37,491 nucleotides of DNA, from positions 1 to 37,491 of the IMG/VR virus record IMGVR_UViG_3300002037_000002. One strand, given 5' to 3'. The translations under genes were made by a program, and so were the position numbers. Below the pieces are notes generated by a model, which saw only the letters and a list, made by a program, of their open reading frames with translations, was not told where the DNA came from and did no database searches. The stretch comes from a virus. Positions 8,045 through 15,111 of this stretch are shown one piece after another (the stretch's first letter is position 1; the number at the start of each line of letters is the position of its first letter).

Positions 8045-8710
8045 CTAGGCCGCTTTCGACCCATGAATTGTCACTGACCGGGCGATACCGATCAGAACGT
8101 CTCTAAACTCTGGTGGTGTCGCGATGCGCGGTGTGCTGTCTTTCCCACCACCTTTGAACGCCATTATTCCGGCGCGTCGGCAATATTCGATACCGTGTTT
8201 CGCCACGACTTCTGGCGGAAAATCCTCATCCTTGACCGGGTGAACACCCCAGCGAAGATCGGGCAGATCCTCAAACGCAACACCGTAGACGACAAGCCAT
8301 GTGCCTTTGGGGCAGTAATGGCCGTATTGACCTTGCTCGACACGGCAGGTCCATCCGCCATTTTCATCTGCTTTGACCCAGCCGCCCTGACGTGGTGGCT
8401 TAGTGAGTCCGAAGTGTGCCCATGCATGACTTCCCTCGGGATGTTCCATGACGCCGCCATATTTCTGCGTGTCATACAGGCCGCATTTGAAGCAGCCATG
8501 ATCGTCGCCCTTGCGCTCAACTTTGCCCTTTTTGATATTGCCCGGCTGGCCCTTCCAGAACCGTCCCCACCGCGTGCAGGGCGTGTGACAGACTACTGGC
8601 CACGGACCGCCATACATGCGCGCATCGTCGTCTTTATCAAACGGAATGACGCCGGGCAGATTGTAGTAGCTGCCGCCAGTCTGGACGTATAGGGCTGCGA
8701 TGGGCTGCAT
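8045..8710 (-). CDS. Hypothetical protein with compact C5-cytosine-methyltransferase-like motif order (function uncertain)
   Basis: 221-aa ORF preceded by AGGACCGTCATG. Motifs seen in order: LYVQTGG (motif I-like), HTPCTRWGRF (PCQ-like), GGVMEHPEGS (ENV-like), YGHYCPKGTWLVVYG (motif VIII-like), PRIATPPEFRDVLIGIA (motif IX/X-like). There is no room for a target-recognition domain. Confidence 0.6.
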   Translation of the reverse strand: MQPIAALYVQTGGSYYNLPGVIPFDKDDDARMYGGPWPVVCHTPCTRWGRFWKGQPGNIKKGKVERKGDDHGCFKCGLYDTQKYGGVMEHPEGSHAWAHFGLTKPPRQGGWVKADENGGWTCRVEQGQYGHYCPKGTWLVVYGVAFEDLPDLRWGVHPVKDEDFPPEVVAKHGIEYCRRAGIMAFKGGGKDSTPRIATPPEFRDVLIGIARSVTIHGSKAA

Positions 8711-8723
8711 GACGGTCCTATAG

Positions 8724-8821
8724 TTTTCTACAATTGACTTATCTATTTTCTACATGTACCTTTCTACAAAAGCAAGACCAGAAACTCAAAAAGAGTAGAA
8801 AAGTTTGTTCTTTGTAGAAAA
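8724..8821. promoter_or_regulatory. Operator-like array: five copies of TTTTCTACA (three direct, two inverted) in a divergent intergenic region
   Basis: TTTTCTACA at 8724-8732 and 8746-8754; cTTTCTACA at 8760-8768; inverted aGTAGAAAA at 8794-8802; inverted TGTAGAAAA at 8813-8821. A TTGACT -35-like hexamer lies at 8734-8739. Confidence 0.6.
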
Positions 8822-8840
8822 GTCTGAATATAAAGGCCCG

Positions 8841-9356
8841 GTGAAAATTGGAATCGGGACAAGACGACAAGAGCGCGCTCTGTTTAAGGCGGGGTGTGAG
8901 AAAGTGTTTTTTCCTAACGAACTTGTGCAGTTACTCGATGAGCGCAAACTTTCCGCTGACATTATCTTTCGGCCAGAAGACACAATCGTCATGATGCAGC
9001 CGGGTTTACTCAAGCCCGAGTGGTTTCGTGAATTTCTGACGGCGCGCTCGCTGTGGCAGGTTCCCGGCAACGATGCCATGAAGCTAAAGACAGAAGACGA
9101 TAGGGCGGCTTGGAAAAAGCAGAAGCCCAAAGGTGTCAGGGCGCGTATCGAGAGAGACCGCATGGGGCGTCCGCCTAAGTGGCCAATCCCTACAACCGAA
9201 CAGGTCGCTGCAATTCTTGCTATCTGGCATTCAGGCAAAAAGCCGGGTCCGCTTCTTGATCAGGTGCGGGGCATCGTGGGTGCTGACGTGCCAGATCATT
9301 GGGTGCGCGACCAGGTTATTAAGGCCAAGGGCAATGCGCGGAGGACGGAAGAATGA
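8841..9356 (+). CDS. Resolvase/invertase-like HTH protein lacking the catalytic serine (probable DNA-binding regulator)
   Basis: GTG 8841 with AAAGG 5 nt upstream (ORF-track TTG 8805 lies inside the operator array). The N-terminus (V)KIGIGTRRQERALFKAGCEKVFF and EDTIVMMQPGLL follow the serine-recombinase layout, but no Ser sits at the Y-x-R-V-S-T position. The C-terminus GRPPKWPIPTTEQVAAILAIWHSG resembles the GRPxK plus HTH_7 tail. Confidence 0.55.
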   Translation: MKIGIGTRRQERALFKAGCEKVFFPNELVQLLDERKLSADIIFRPEDTIVMMQPGLLKPEWFREFLTARSLWQVPGNDAMKLKTEDDRAAWKKQKPKGVRARIERDRMGRPPKWPIPTTEQVAAILAIWHSGKKPGPLLDQVRGIVGADVPDHWVRDQVIKAKGNARRTEE

Positions 9357-9481
9357 TGAGTGAGGCCGATTATAGAGAGTGAGCGGGAAGTGGATTACAG
9401 ACGTCTGGATCGTAGTTCTCGCAATAATTGCGGCCATTGTGCTGATAATAGCCGCCCCATATTGAATCACAGGAGCGCAGG

Positions 9482-9685
9482 ATGACGCTGAAGGCAGTTC
9501 AGTTCAGCCCTCGATACTACGAGGGCGCTAAGGGCACAAGATGCACCGATTGGGATAGCAGCCATGACTTGTCGATCATTGACAGCAAGGGCGACCGTCA
9601 CCGAGTTGGAACATTTAAGCACGCCGATTGGGCGGGATATGTAGGCAAGCTGATAGAAGAACACGGCTTGCCTGGATTGGAATAA
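9482..9685 (+). CDS. Hypothetical protein
   Basis: AGGAG 6 nt upstream of ATG 9482; 67 aa. Confidence 0.6.
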   Translation: MTLKAVQFSPRYYEGAKGTRCTDWDSSHDLSIIDSKGDRHRVGTFKHADWAGYVGKLIEEHGLPGLE

Positions 9686-9698
9686 ATGGAGCGAATGA

Positions 9699-9896
9699 AT
9701 GTGTGGTCGTGACGCATGGTATGTTGATTTTGCGCCCAACCAAATCTTGCCCGCGCCATATCTTGTCGAAGGATATGACGGCACATATTACGGGTGCACT
9801 TTGATGGGTGAGTGGATTGGTCCAGTTCGAAATTGTCGCTTTGCAGCGCGGCGTGACGCTTTGGCGCAAATTGCACTTATGGACTCCAAGCAGTGA
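9699..9896 (+). CDS. Hypothetical protein
   Basis: GGAG about 7 nt upstream of ATG 9699; 65 aa. Confidence 0.55.
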   Translation: MCGRDAWYVDFAPNQILPAPYLVEGYDGTYYGCTLMGEWIGPVRNCRFAARRDALAQIALMDSKQ

Positions 9897-9912
9897 ATCA
9901 CAGGAGGATCTG

Positions 9913-10092
9913 ATGGTCCCGTGCAAGAAATGTCAGACGCCAATGGTTGCCGGTAAAGCTCTCACCCAAACCTTCACAGGTATAGGCGACTTCCACGACG
10001 CAGACACCGTTGTCACGCTGTCACCGGGTGGGCCGGGTGAATTGATCACATGCTGGAAGTGTCCGGGATGCGGATGGTCGATGAGTAAATAA
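9913..10092 (+). CDS. Small zinc-ribbon protein (CKKC ... CPGC)
   Basis: Internal ATG 9913 of ORF 9808..10092, with AGGAGG 5 nt upstream; 59 aa. Confidence 0.6.
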   Translation: MVPCKKCQTPMVAGKALTQTFTGIGDFHDADTVVTLSPGGPGELITCWKCPGCGWSMSK

Positions 10093-10100
10093 CAGGAGCC

Positions 10101-10241
10101 TCACTCTAGCCATTCTGCAGCGCACTTAACTTTGCCGCAACGCCTGCATTCATTACACCAATGAGGCCTCCCCATAAAAAATTGCTTGTAGCCGTGGCCG
10201 TAATCGTGCCAGCCAAACCGACAAAGAATGCGTTTAATCAT
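10101..10241 (-). CDS. Small Cys-rich protein, 46 aa (MIKRILCRFGWHDYGHGYKQFFMGRPHWCNECRRCGKVKCAAEWLE)
   Basis: Not in the ORF track (below 60 aa); hand translated. AGAGGAA about 8 nt upstream. Its start overlaps the stop of the upstream small ORF by 8 nt (ATGATTAA). The C-x-G-W-H ... C-x-x-C-x-x-CG pattern resembles small phage zinc-binding proteins. Confidence 0.5.
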   Translation of the reverse strand: MIKRILCRFGWHDYGHGYKQFFMGRPHWCNECRRCGKVKCAAEWLE

Positions 10242-10374
10242 TTATAAATTCCTCTTTGCGCTCGCGATCCTCCGCGAGTATCTGATCTACTCGGGTTGCA
10301 ATATCCCCAATCATGCCCTCGCCGGGCGTGCCCTTACGGCCTCGGTGCTTTCTCCAAAGCTTAAGCATTTGCAT
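10234..10374 (-). CDS. Small basic/acidic protein, 46 aa (MQMLKLWRKHRGRKGTPGEGMIGDIATRVDQILAEDRERKEEFIND)
   Basis: Hand translated. First ATG in a frame that is stop-free upstream to 10687. Translationally coupled to the next gene. No good RBS. Confidence 0.35.
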   Translation of the reverse strand: MQMLKLWRKHRGRKGTPGEGMIGDIATRVDQILAEDRERKEEFIND

Positions 10375-10466
10375 AGCGGTCTTGCCCTGCCGGGCGAGTA
10401 GATTGTTGCGTTGCTTTTCTCGTTGCGCTTGTATTGATCGTCTTTGCGTATGGATTTGGTTACAAC

Positions 10467-10964
10467 TTAGGCCATGACCACTACAGTAACGAGTATAGCG
10501 CCGGTTACCATGAGAACTATGCCGCTGATCGCATAGAACGCGAATGCATCCCCAACAATAGCTCGTCTTTCGAATTGCACGAATGCATACAAGAACAAAT
10601 ACAGGCCAGCACAGAACACCAAGCCGCTTACGCTGATCTTCAATCTCAGGAACGAATGGCGTTTTGGGCTGTTTTGATGGGCGTTTTTACTGGATTGACC
10701 GTACTTGTGACTGGCGTTGGTGTGATCTTTGTTTACCAAACCCTCTCCGAGACTAGAAAACTGGTGCTTGACACCCAAAAGATTGGCCAAGCTCAGACCA
10801 GAGCTTATCTTCATCTTGATGAGCCGAAGATGGAAACCATCCGCAATGGCGGGGGATTTCTCAATTTCGCCGTCCAAACTGTTCCCGGCACGCCCATCCA
10901 ACCGGGAAAGCTGAACATCAGGCAGAACGGAAATCATAGCGGTTAGCAACAAAACCTTTATCAT
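10467..10964 (-). CDS. Hypothetical membrane protein (signal-like N-terminus, two C-terminal TM helices); strand assignment uncertain
   Basis: ATG 10964 overlaps the upstream stop (ATGA), and GAGGTGA lies 6 nt upstream, matching the coupling used elsewhere in this operon. A codon-aligned ORF of equal length (10434..10946) exists on the plus strand, with a TTG start and no RBS. I could not discriminate the two by composition. Confidence 0.45.
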   Translation of the reverse strand: MIKVLLLTAMISVLPDVQLSRLDGRAGNSLDGEIEKSPAIADGFHLRLIKMKISSGLSLANLLGVKHQFSSLGEGLVNKDHTNASHKYGQSSKNAHQNSPKRHSFLRLKISVSGLVFCAGLYLFLYAFVQFERRAIVGDAFAFYAISGIVLMVTGAILVTVVVMA

Positions 10965-11143
10965 CTCTCACCTCGATCTGAGGCCTTGGCGCTCTTGCTA
11001 CCTAAGGCCGGATTGTTGTATGCGGATTGACATTTCGGCCCGCAGTAGATGCGGCCCCTTGGGGTCTTTTCCCCGCAATAGTCACAGCGGCCCGGTGTGA
11101 CGGCCTGAGGCGGTCTTGGCTCCATCCTCTCACGGCTTGACAT
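10961..11143 (-). CDS. Small zinc-ribbon protein (CDYC ... CGPKC)
   Basis: Internal ATG 11143 with AAGGAGAG 7 nt upstream (the ORF-track start 11176 is a TTG inside a palindrome); 60 aa. Confidence 0.6.
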   Translation of the reverse strand: MSSRERMEPRPPQAVTPGRCDYCGEKTPRGRIYCGPKCQSAYNNPALGSKSAKASDRGER

Positions 11144-11165
11144 AAAGGCTCTCCTTGCGGCTTGT

Positions 11166-11192
11166 ACGGGGCGCAAGTCACTTGCGCCCCGT
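11166..11192. repeat. Perfect inverted repeat: 13-nt arms separated by 1 nt
   Basis: acggggcgcaagt c acttgcgccccgt, in the intergenic gap between the minus-strand genes ending at 11198 and starting at 11143. No U-tract on either strand. Confidence 0.9.
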
Positions 11193-11197
11193 GTGAC

Positions 11198-11485
11198 TTA
11201 GTTCTCGCCAAACTTCATGCCGACAAATTGGGGCGGGGAGGGGACCGGCGGCTCGATCACGCCAACTTGCGGACCGAAAACCAAGACCGGCGACTTGAGC
11301 CGGGCCGCTTCTTCGCGGGCCTCCTCGATCACAGCAGACAGGCCCATGTCGGCGGCCTTCTCGTCGCCTGGGGTCACGGCAATGATATTGCGCGTCTCGG
11401 TCTGGCGGACTGTAACAAAGTGCGGTTTTGCAAAGTCAATCTTGGCGACGGGCTTTGCGGACTGGGGTGTTTTTTCTTGTGTCAT
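11198..11485 (-). CDS. Hypothetical protein
   Basis: Internal ATG 11485 (MTQEKTPQ...) of ORF 11198..11578. Overlaps the HNH gene 3' end by 50 nt. Start uncertain (alternative ATG 11347). Confidence 0.45.
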   Translation of the reverse strand: MTQEKTPQSAKPVAKIDFAKPHFVTVRQTETRNIIAVTPGDEKAADMGLSAVIEEAREEAARLKSPVLVFGPQVGVIEPPVPSPPQFVGMKFGEN

Positions 11486-11900
11486 ATTCTCGTCTCTCTC
11501 TTTCGTAAGCCTTGTGCGCCGGACGCCACCTTTGGAGGAGGTATTTCTCCGTCTTTTCGGTGAGCGGGCGGCCTTCATTCTTGCGCTTGGCGATCCATTC
11601 CGGCGGGGTCATGTTGCCCTTGTCCAGATTGCATCCATTGCACATGATCGTCATGTTTCTAAAGTGGTCGGTTCCTCCTCTTGATCGGGGCATAAGGTGA
11701 TCAATTGACGCTTTGTATGCGTGGGCCTCCTCGGGCCATTGGCTTGAGGGCTTACCGTGCGTATCCTCAAAGCGATCGGCAAACCTGTCCCAGAATTCCA
11801 GCCCGTGAAAAAACATTTCCGTGCCGCAGTAAGGGCAGCGGGTTTTCCCCTGTTTCAGTTTCTTTCGAAACACGCGAGACCTATGGATGTTGTAGGCCAT
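11436..11900 (-). CDS. HNH endonuclease
   Basis: Internal ATG 11900 (MAYNIHRS...), 22 nt after the upstream stop. CPYCG plus HLMPRSRGGTDHFRNMTIMCNGCNLDKG form the HNH/zinc-finger signature. Confidence 0.8.
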   Translation of the reverse strand: MAYNIHRSRVFRKKLKQGKTRCPYCGTEMFFHGLEFWDRFADRFEDTHGKPSSQWPEEAHAYKASIDHLMPRSRGGTDHFRNMTIMCNGCNLDKGNMTPPEWIAKRKNEGRPLTEKTEKYLLQRWRPAHKAYERERREYDTRKNTPVRKARRQD

Positions 11901-11922
11901 TTTGGCTTTTGAGCCGCGCGGC

Positions 11923-12813
11923 TTAGTCAAGGCCGTTGCGGTTCTCGTCCGCTGTTGTGGCGGTTTTCCAAAGCTCTGCTTTGATCGGGGCCAAGCGGCG
12001 TTGCTCGTCCTCAGTGGCAACCTTTGTGAAATACTGTGTGATAACGTCCCGGCCCTCTTGGGCGATCTTGCGGGCGTGGTCCCATAGCGCCTTATCTGGC
12101 GTCTCTACGGTGTCGCCGCGCGCCCAAGTGGCCAGCATCTCGCCTGCTTCGGCGGTAACGTGCTGTCCAGGCTGGAAGCTCATGCGGTGCTGATCCTGAA
12201 CCTTGTGGGGGAGGGTGAGGTCAATCATGCCGGGGGTTGCGGGGTTGAGCGTAAAGCTGGCGGTCATTTCATACATGAACCGCTTTTCTTGGATCGGCAC
12301 CCAGCCTTGTGATGTGACAATGATCTTGCCTCTGTCATCGCGCTTGCTCATGTCAATTTTCTCGTCCGCGCGCAGGCAGAAAATGAGGTGCGTGCGAACC
12401 TGCAAAAATCCGTTCATCATTTTTTTGTGGCGCTGCTTGGGTATCAACCAAGCGCCCGGACCTTTGACGCTTGAGGTGTCCGCCATCTCCATAAGGCCGC
12501 CCTCGCCATCAAACTCGTGTGACATACTGTCGATCACCACGGCCTTGAACCCGCGTTTCTCGGCCTCCTGAACGGCCTTGAGATACTTTTCCGGGGTGAA
12601 GGGCGGGGCCATATCCTCATGCTCAAAGTCGAATTGATCAGCGTAGTGGAGCGCCCGGCCTGCTTCGGTGTCGATGACCTTAAAGGGTTCATCGCCGCAG
12701 ATACCCTTTGCCAGCATCATGGCGCTGTATGTTTTGCCGGAACCTGACGCACCGGCCAGGGCGACAAGAACGCTTGTGTTTCTGCGCTCTGCTTTTGTGT
12801 ACTGAAAGCTCAT
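11923..12813 (-). CDS. AAA_24 / Sak4-like RecA-fold ATPase (recombination module)
   Basis: Walker A GASGSGKTYS and Walker B-like VVIDSMSHEFDGEG. Size and pairing with a PD-(D/E)XK nuclease are typical of phage Sak4-type modules. Confidence 0.75.
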   Translation of the reverse strand: MSFQYTKAERRNTSVLVALAGASGSGKTYSAMMLAKGICGDEPFKVIDTEAGRALHYADQFDFEHEDMAPPFTPEKYLKAVQEAEKRGFKAVVIDSMSHEFDGEGGLMEMADTSSVKGPGAWLIPKQRHKKMMNGFLQVRTHLIFCLRADEKIDMSKRDDRGKIIVTSQGWVPIQEKRFMYEMTASFTLNPATPGMIDLTLPHKVQDQHRMSFQPGQHVTAEAGEMLATWARGDTVETPDKALWDHARKIAQEGRDVITQYFTKVATEDEQRRLAPIKAELWKTATTADENRNGLD

Positions 12814-12998
12814 TCTGCTACCTCCTGAAACTTGACCCCGGACTTGCGGTTCATCCGGGTTTCAAAGTCGTGAAAATCATCCGGGTCCATACATAGGTTG
12901 CCGCAGCACGCATATGTCATGTCCGGGTGATTTGAGACAAAGAAGGACAGATGCACATGCCCTCCCCTTTGTTCGTGTGTGATCTTCCAGAATTTCAC
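12810..12998 (-). CDS. Hypothetical protein
   Basis: 62 aa, with ATGA overlaps to both neighbours (12995-12998 and 12810-12813). Confidence 0.55.
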   Translation of the reverse strand: MKFWKITHEQRGGHVHLSFFVSNHPDMTYACCGNLCMDPDDFHDFETRMNRKSGVKFQEVAE

Positions 12999-13975
12999 TC
13001 GATCACCTCGTCAGCGCCCATAACAGCAGGGTCTTGCCATCCTTGGGGGGCCTGCCATTGCCGAGCCATATCAATGAGGTCTGTGCCGTCGCTGAGGGCG
13101 GTCTGCTCGGCGTCCTTGTCGGCAATGAGGTTGCGCTCCAGCCACTCGGGGCATTCGAGCTTAACCGTGCGGTTTGGATATCCGGGCCATGTGTTGTTGC
13201 GCAGGCATTTGGCCCATATTTGAATTGCCCGTTCACGGCGCATGTGGGCGTTTGCGAGGAATGTGTTGTCAAGCTCGGCCACGGCGGTCAGGTGCGGCTC
13301 GTCTGTCTCCTGTACTGCGAAGAATTGGCGGGGCGCTGAGCCTGTCAGAGCCTTGAAGCCCGCCTCATAGTGCGCGGCGATCAGATACCACCCTGCATTC
13401 GCGGCATAGCGTGCCAGCTCTGAGGGGGCAATAGAGGTTCCGGTGGTCTTGTAGTGGATGATTATGTTTTCATTTTGATCGTAGAGGTCCGGGCGGCACC
13501 GGTGCATGACACCGCCCTCCTGCCAGACGAGCGTCACCTCGCGCGCAAGTGATGCGCTATTGAAGGACGGGCCAATGTCTGGATTTTCGGAAAAATCCTC
13601 TAGCGCAAGGCGGGCCATTTTCTCAACACGCGGCATGTTGGCCTTGAGAATAGGTGTCTTGCCTGCCGCATAGGCTTCGTCGCGTTGCTGCTTGGCGTCA
13701 TTGGTGTTGAATGCCTTGGCGTCGATCGCGGCAATGGGGTTACCCTCACCTGTCAAAAGTGTGTGGGCGGCGGTGCCTAGATCGAACGTGGTTTTATTTA
13801 CGCTCTCGGCGTTTTTGTTGAGGCGCGGCGTGGTTTCCCAGACCTTGCGGGGCGCGGTGGACAGGAGCGCCTTGACGATTGACGAGGTCATAGACGGCTC
13901 TGGGGTGGGGTCTGCCAGATAGGTTTTGAAATCCATCTCAGAGGCAAAGAAGAATGCAGGCAGGTCCATGCTCAT
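12995..13975 (-). CDS. PD-(D/E)XK exonuclease (DUF3799 / RecE-like)
   Basis: GTAAHTLL, RCRPDLYDQNENIIIHYKTT and FFAVQETDEPH follow the motif order of the PDDEXK_1/DUF3799 family as I recall it. ATGA overlap with the upstream gene. Confidence 0.7.
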   Translation of the reverse strand: MSMDLPAFFFASEMDFKTYLADPTPEPSMTSSIVKALLSTAPRKVWETTPRLNKNAESVNKTTFDLGTAAHTLLTGEGNPIAAIDAKAFNTNDAKQQRDEAYAAGKTPILKANMPRVEKMARLALEDFSENPDIGPSFNSASLAREVTLVWQEGGVMHRCRPDLYDQNENIIIHYKTTGTSIAPSELARYAANAGWYLIAAHYEAGFKALTGSAPRQFFAVQETDEPHLTAVAELDNTFLANAHMRRERAIQIWAKCLRNNTWPGYPNRTVKLECPEWLERNLIADKDAEQTALSDGTDLIDMARQWQAPQGWQDPAVMGADEVIE

Positions 13976-14187
13976 TTTCTCACCACATTTTCGGGCTTAC
14001 CGCCCAACGCATAAAAGAGATGGTTTGCGCGTGCGGCGTCGGCGACCTGATCGCCAAAGTATAACACTTGCTGGAGGGTGCCGCTTTCAGTTTCGACCTG
14101 AATAGTGACGGCGTTGCTATTGCTCGGATAAAGTCGGGTTGCGTGCACTTTTGTTACGTTATGCATGGATTGCTGAACGTTCATCAT
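13972..14187 (-). CDS. Hypothetical protein
   Basis: Internal ATG 14187 (MMNVQQS...), 1 nt after the upstream stop, with AAGGA 8 nt upstream. Confidence 0.55.
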   Translation of the reverse strand: MMNVQQSMHNVTKVHATRLYPSNSNAVTIQVETESGTLQQVLYFGDQVADAARANHLFYALGGKPENVVRK

Positions 14188-14188
14188 T

Positions 14189-14371
14189 TTAGTAATCCTT
14201 TTGTCCTGAGGGGTTTTCAGTGTAGCCGCGCGCATACTCTTTGCGCTGGGCGTCTGTCAGGGTTTCAGTTGATCTAATCCCCATGGCATCCAGCCACAAA
14301 TGTGGCTGGAATTTGCGCCCGTAATATGCGTCGCTATCGCCGCGATCGTAAGCGCTCGGTGTGTATGCCAT
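14189..14371 (-). CDS. Hypothetical protein (first gene of the minus-strand operon)
   Basis: Internal ATG 14371 (MAYTPSAYDRG...) with AGGGGA about 9 nt upstream. The ORF-track start 14413 is a GTG without an RBS. Confidence 0.5.
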   Translation of the reverse strand: MAYTPSAYDRGDSDAYYGRKFQPHLWLDAMGIRSTETLTDAQRKEYARGYTENPSGQKDY

Positions 14372-14494
14372 TTGGGAAATTCCCCTGTTACCTGAGGCCC
14401 GATATTGAGCCACGTCACCAACGTAATAATAAAGCTTGCGTCATGCAACAATTTTTTTTAAAACAACAGAACACACACAAGCACGGGAAACCAA

Positions 14495-14857
14495 ATGTCT
14501 GATATTAATGACGAAAAAATCCTTGAGCGCGCGCAGGAGATCAAGGCGGATCGGGGTGTTAGCCTGACTGACGCGATGCTGATTGCAGAGGGTGAGATGA
14601 AACCCAAGGCGAAGGTGCCGGAGAGTTTTGACGTCACCATCAAGGTCAAGCCGAGGGTTGCTAAGTGGATCATGTCAGAATTCAGCGGGCACCCAAAATT
14701 CACTCTTGAGGAGCGCCTGGGTGCCACGCTGGCAACCTACCTTTCGCGCAGCCGCGTCCGGGTTCGGCGTATGGCTGACGAGGGCGGAGAAATCCAAGAG
14801 GGTAAGGCGGTGACGCTGCGCCGCGATGTATTTAAAAAGAAGGCACCGACAGAATGA
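14495..14857 (+). CDS. Hypothetical protein (first gene of the plus-strand operon)
   Basis: 120-aa ORF after the AT-rich divergent region 14372-14494. Confidence 0.6.
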   Translation: MSDINDEKILERAQEIKADRGVSLTDAMLIAEGEMKPKAKVPESFDVTIKVKPRVAKWIMSEFSGHPKFTLEERLGATLATYLSRSRVRVRRMADEGGEIQEGKAVTLRRDVFKKKAPTE

Positions 14858-15111
14858 CACACACGCCAGAAAACCCGACCGACTTGGATAAGCGCATGGC
14901 GCTGCACACTCCTGGCCAAATTACATGGCCCGAGCCAGCTTTGGGGAAATGGTGTTCGCAGTGTCGCCATTTCACTAACGACGGGACGAGAGACAAGACA
15001 AAGGGCCGCTGTAACTTGGTGGCGGCTCACAGCAATCATAAAACAAAGGGCGTCCTGTTTGTGGGGCAAGAGGCGACAGCGTGCCCTCAGTTTGATGGAG
15101 GTGGAGCATGA
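14854..15111 (+). CDS. Hypothetical Cys-containing protein
   Basis: ATGA overlap at 14854-14857; 85 aa (CSQC ... C ... C). Confidence 0.55.
   Translation: MTHTPENPTDLDKRMALHTPGQITWPEPALGKWCSQCRHFTNDGTRDKTKGRCNLVAAHSNHKTKGVLFVGQEATACPQFDGGGA

Noticed and set aside
8841-9356. Active serine integrase/resolvase, implying a temperate lifestyle or invertible segment
   Set aside because: No Ser is at the nucleophile position, and the N-domain is shortened. I saw no flanking inverted crossover sites. It is treated as a DNA-binding homologue only.
9379-9465. 28-aa hydrophobic micro-ORF (GTG start; VSGKWITDVWIVVLAIIAAIVLIIAAPY) in the 9357-9481 gap
   Set aside because: It has a non-ATG start with no convincing RBS, and it is very short. 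It is noted only as a possibility. The 79-aa minus ORF 9231..9470 opposite it also lacks support.
10434-10946. Plus-strand 170-aa ORF as the gene of the lower-GC island
   Set aside because: It is not firmly rejected. It was deprioritised because it has a TTG start, no RBS, and would run against the surrounding minus-strand operon. See the finding on this island.
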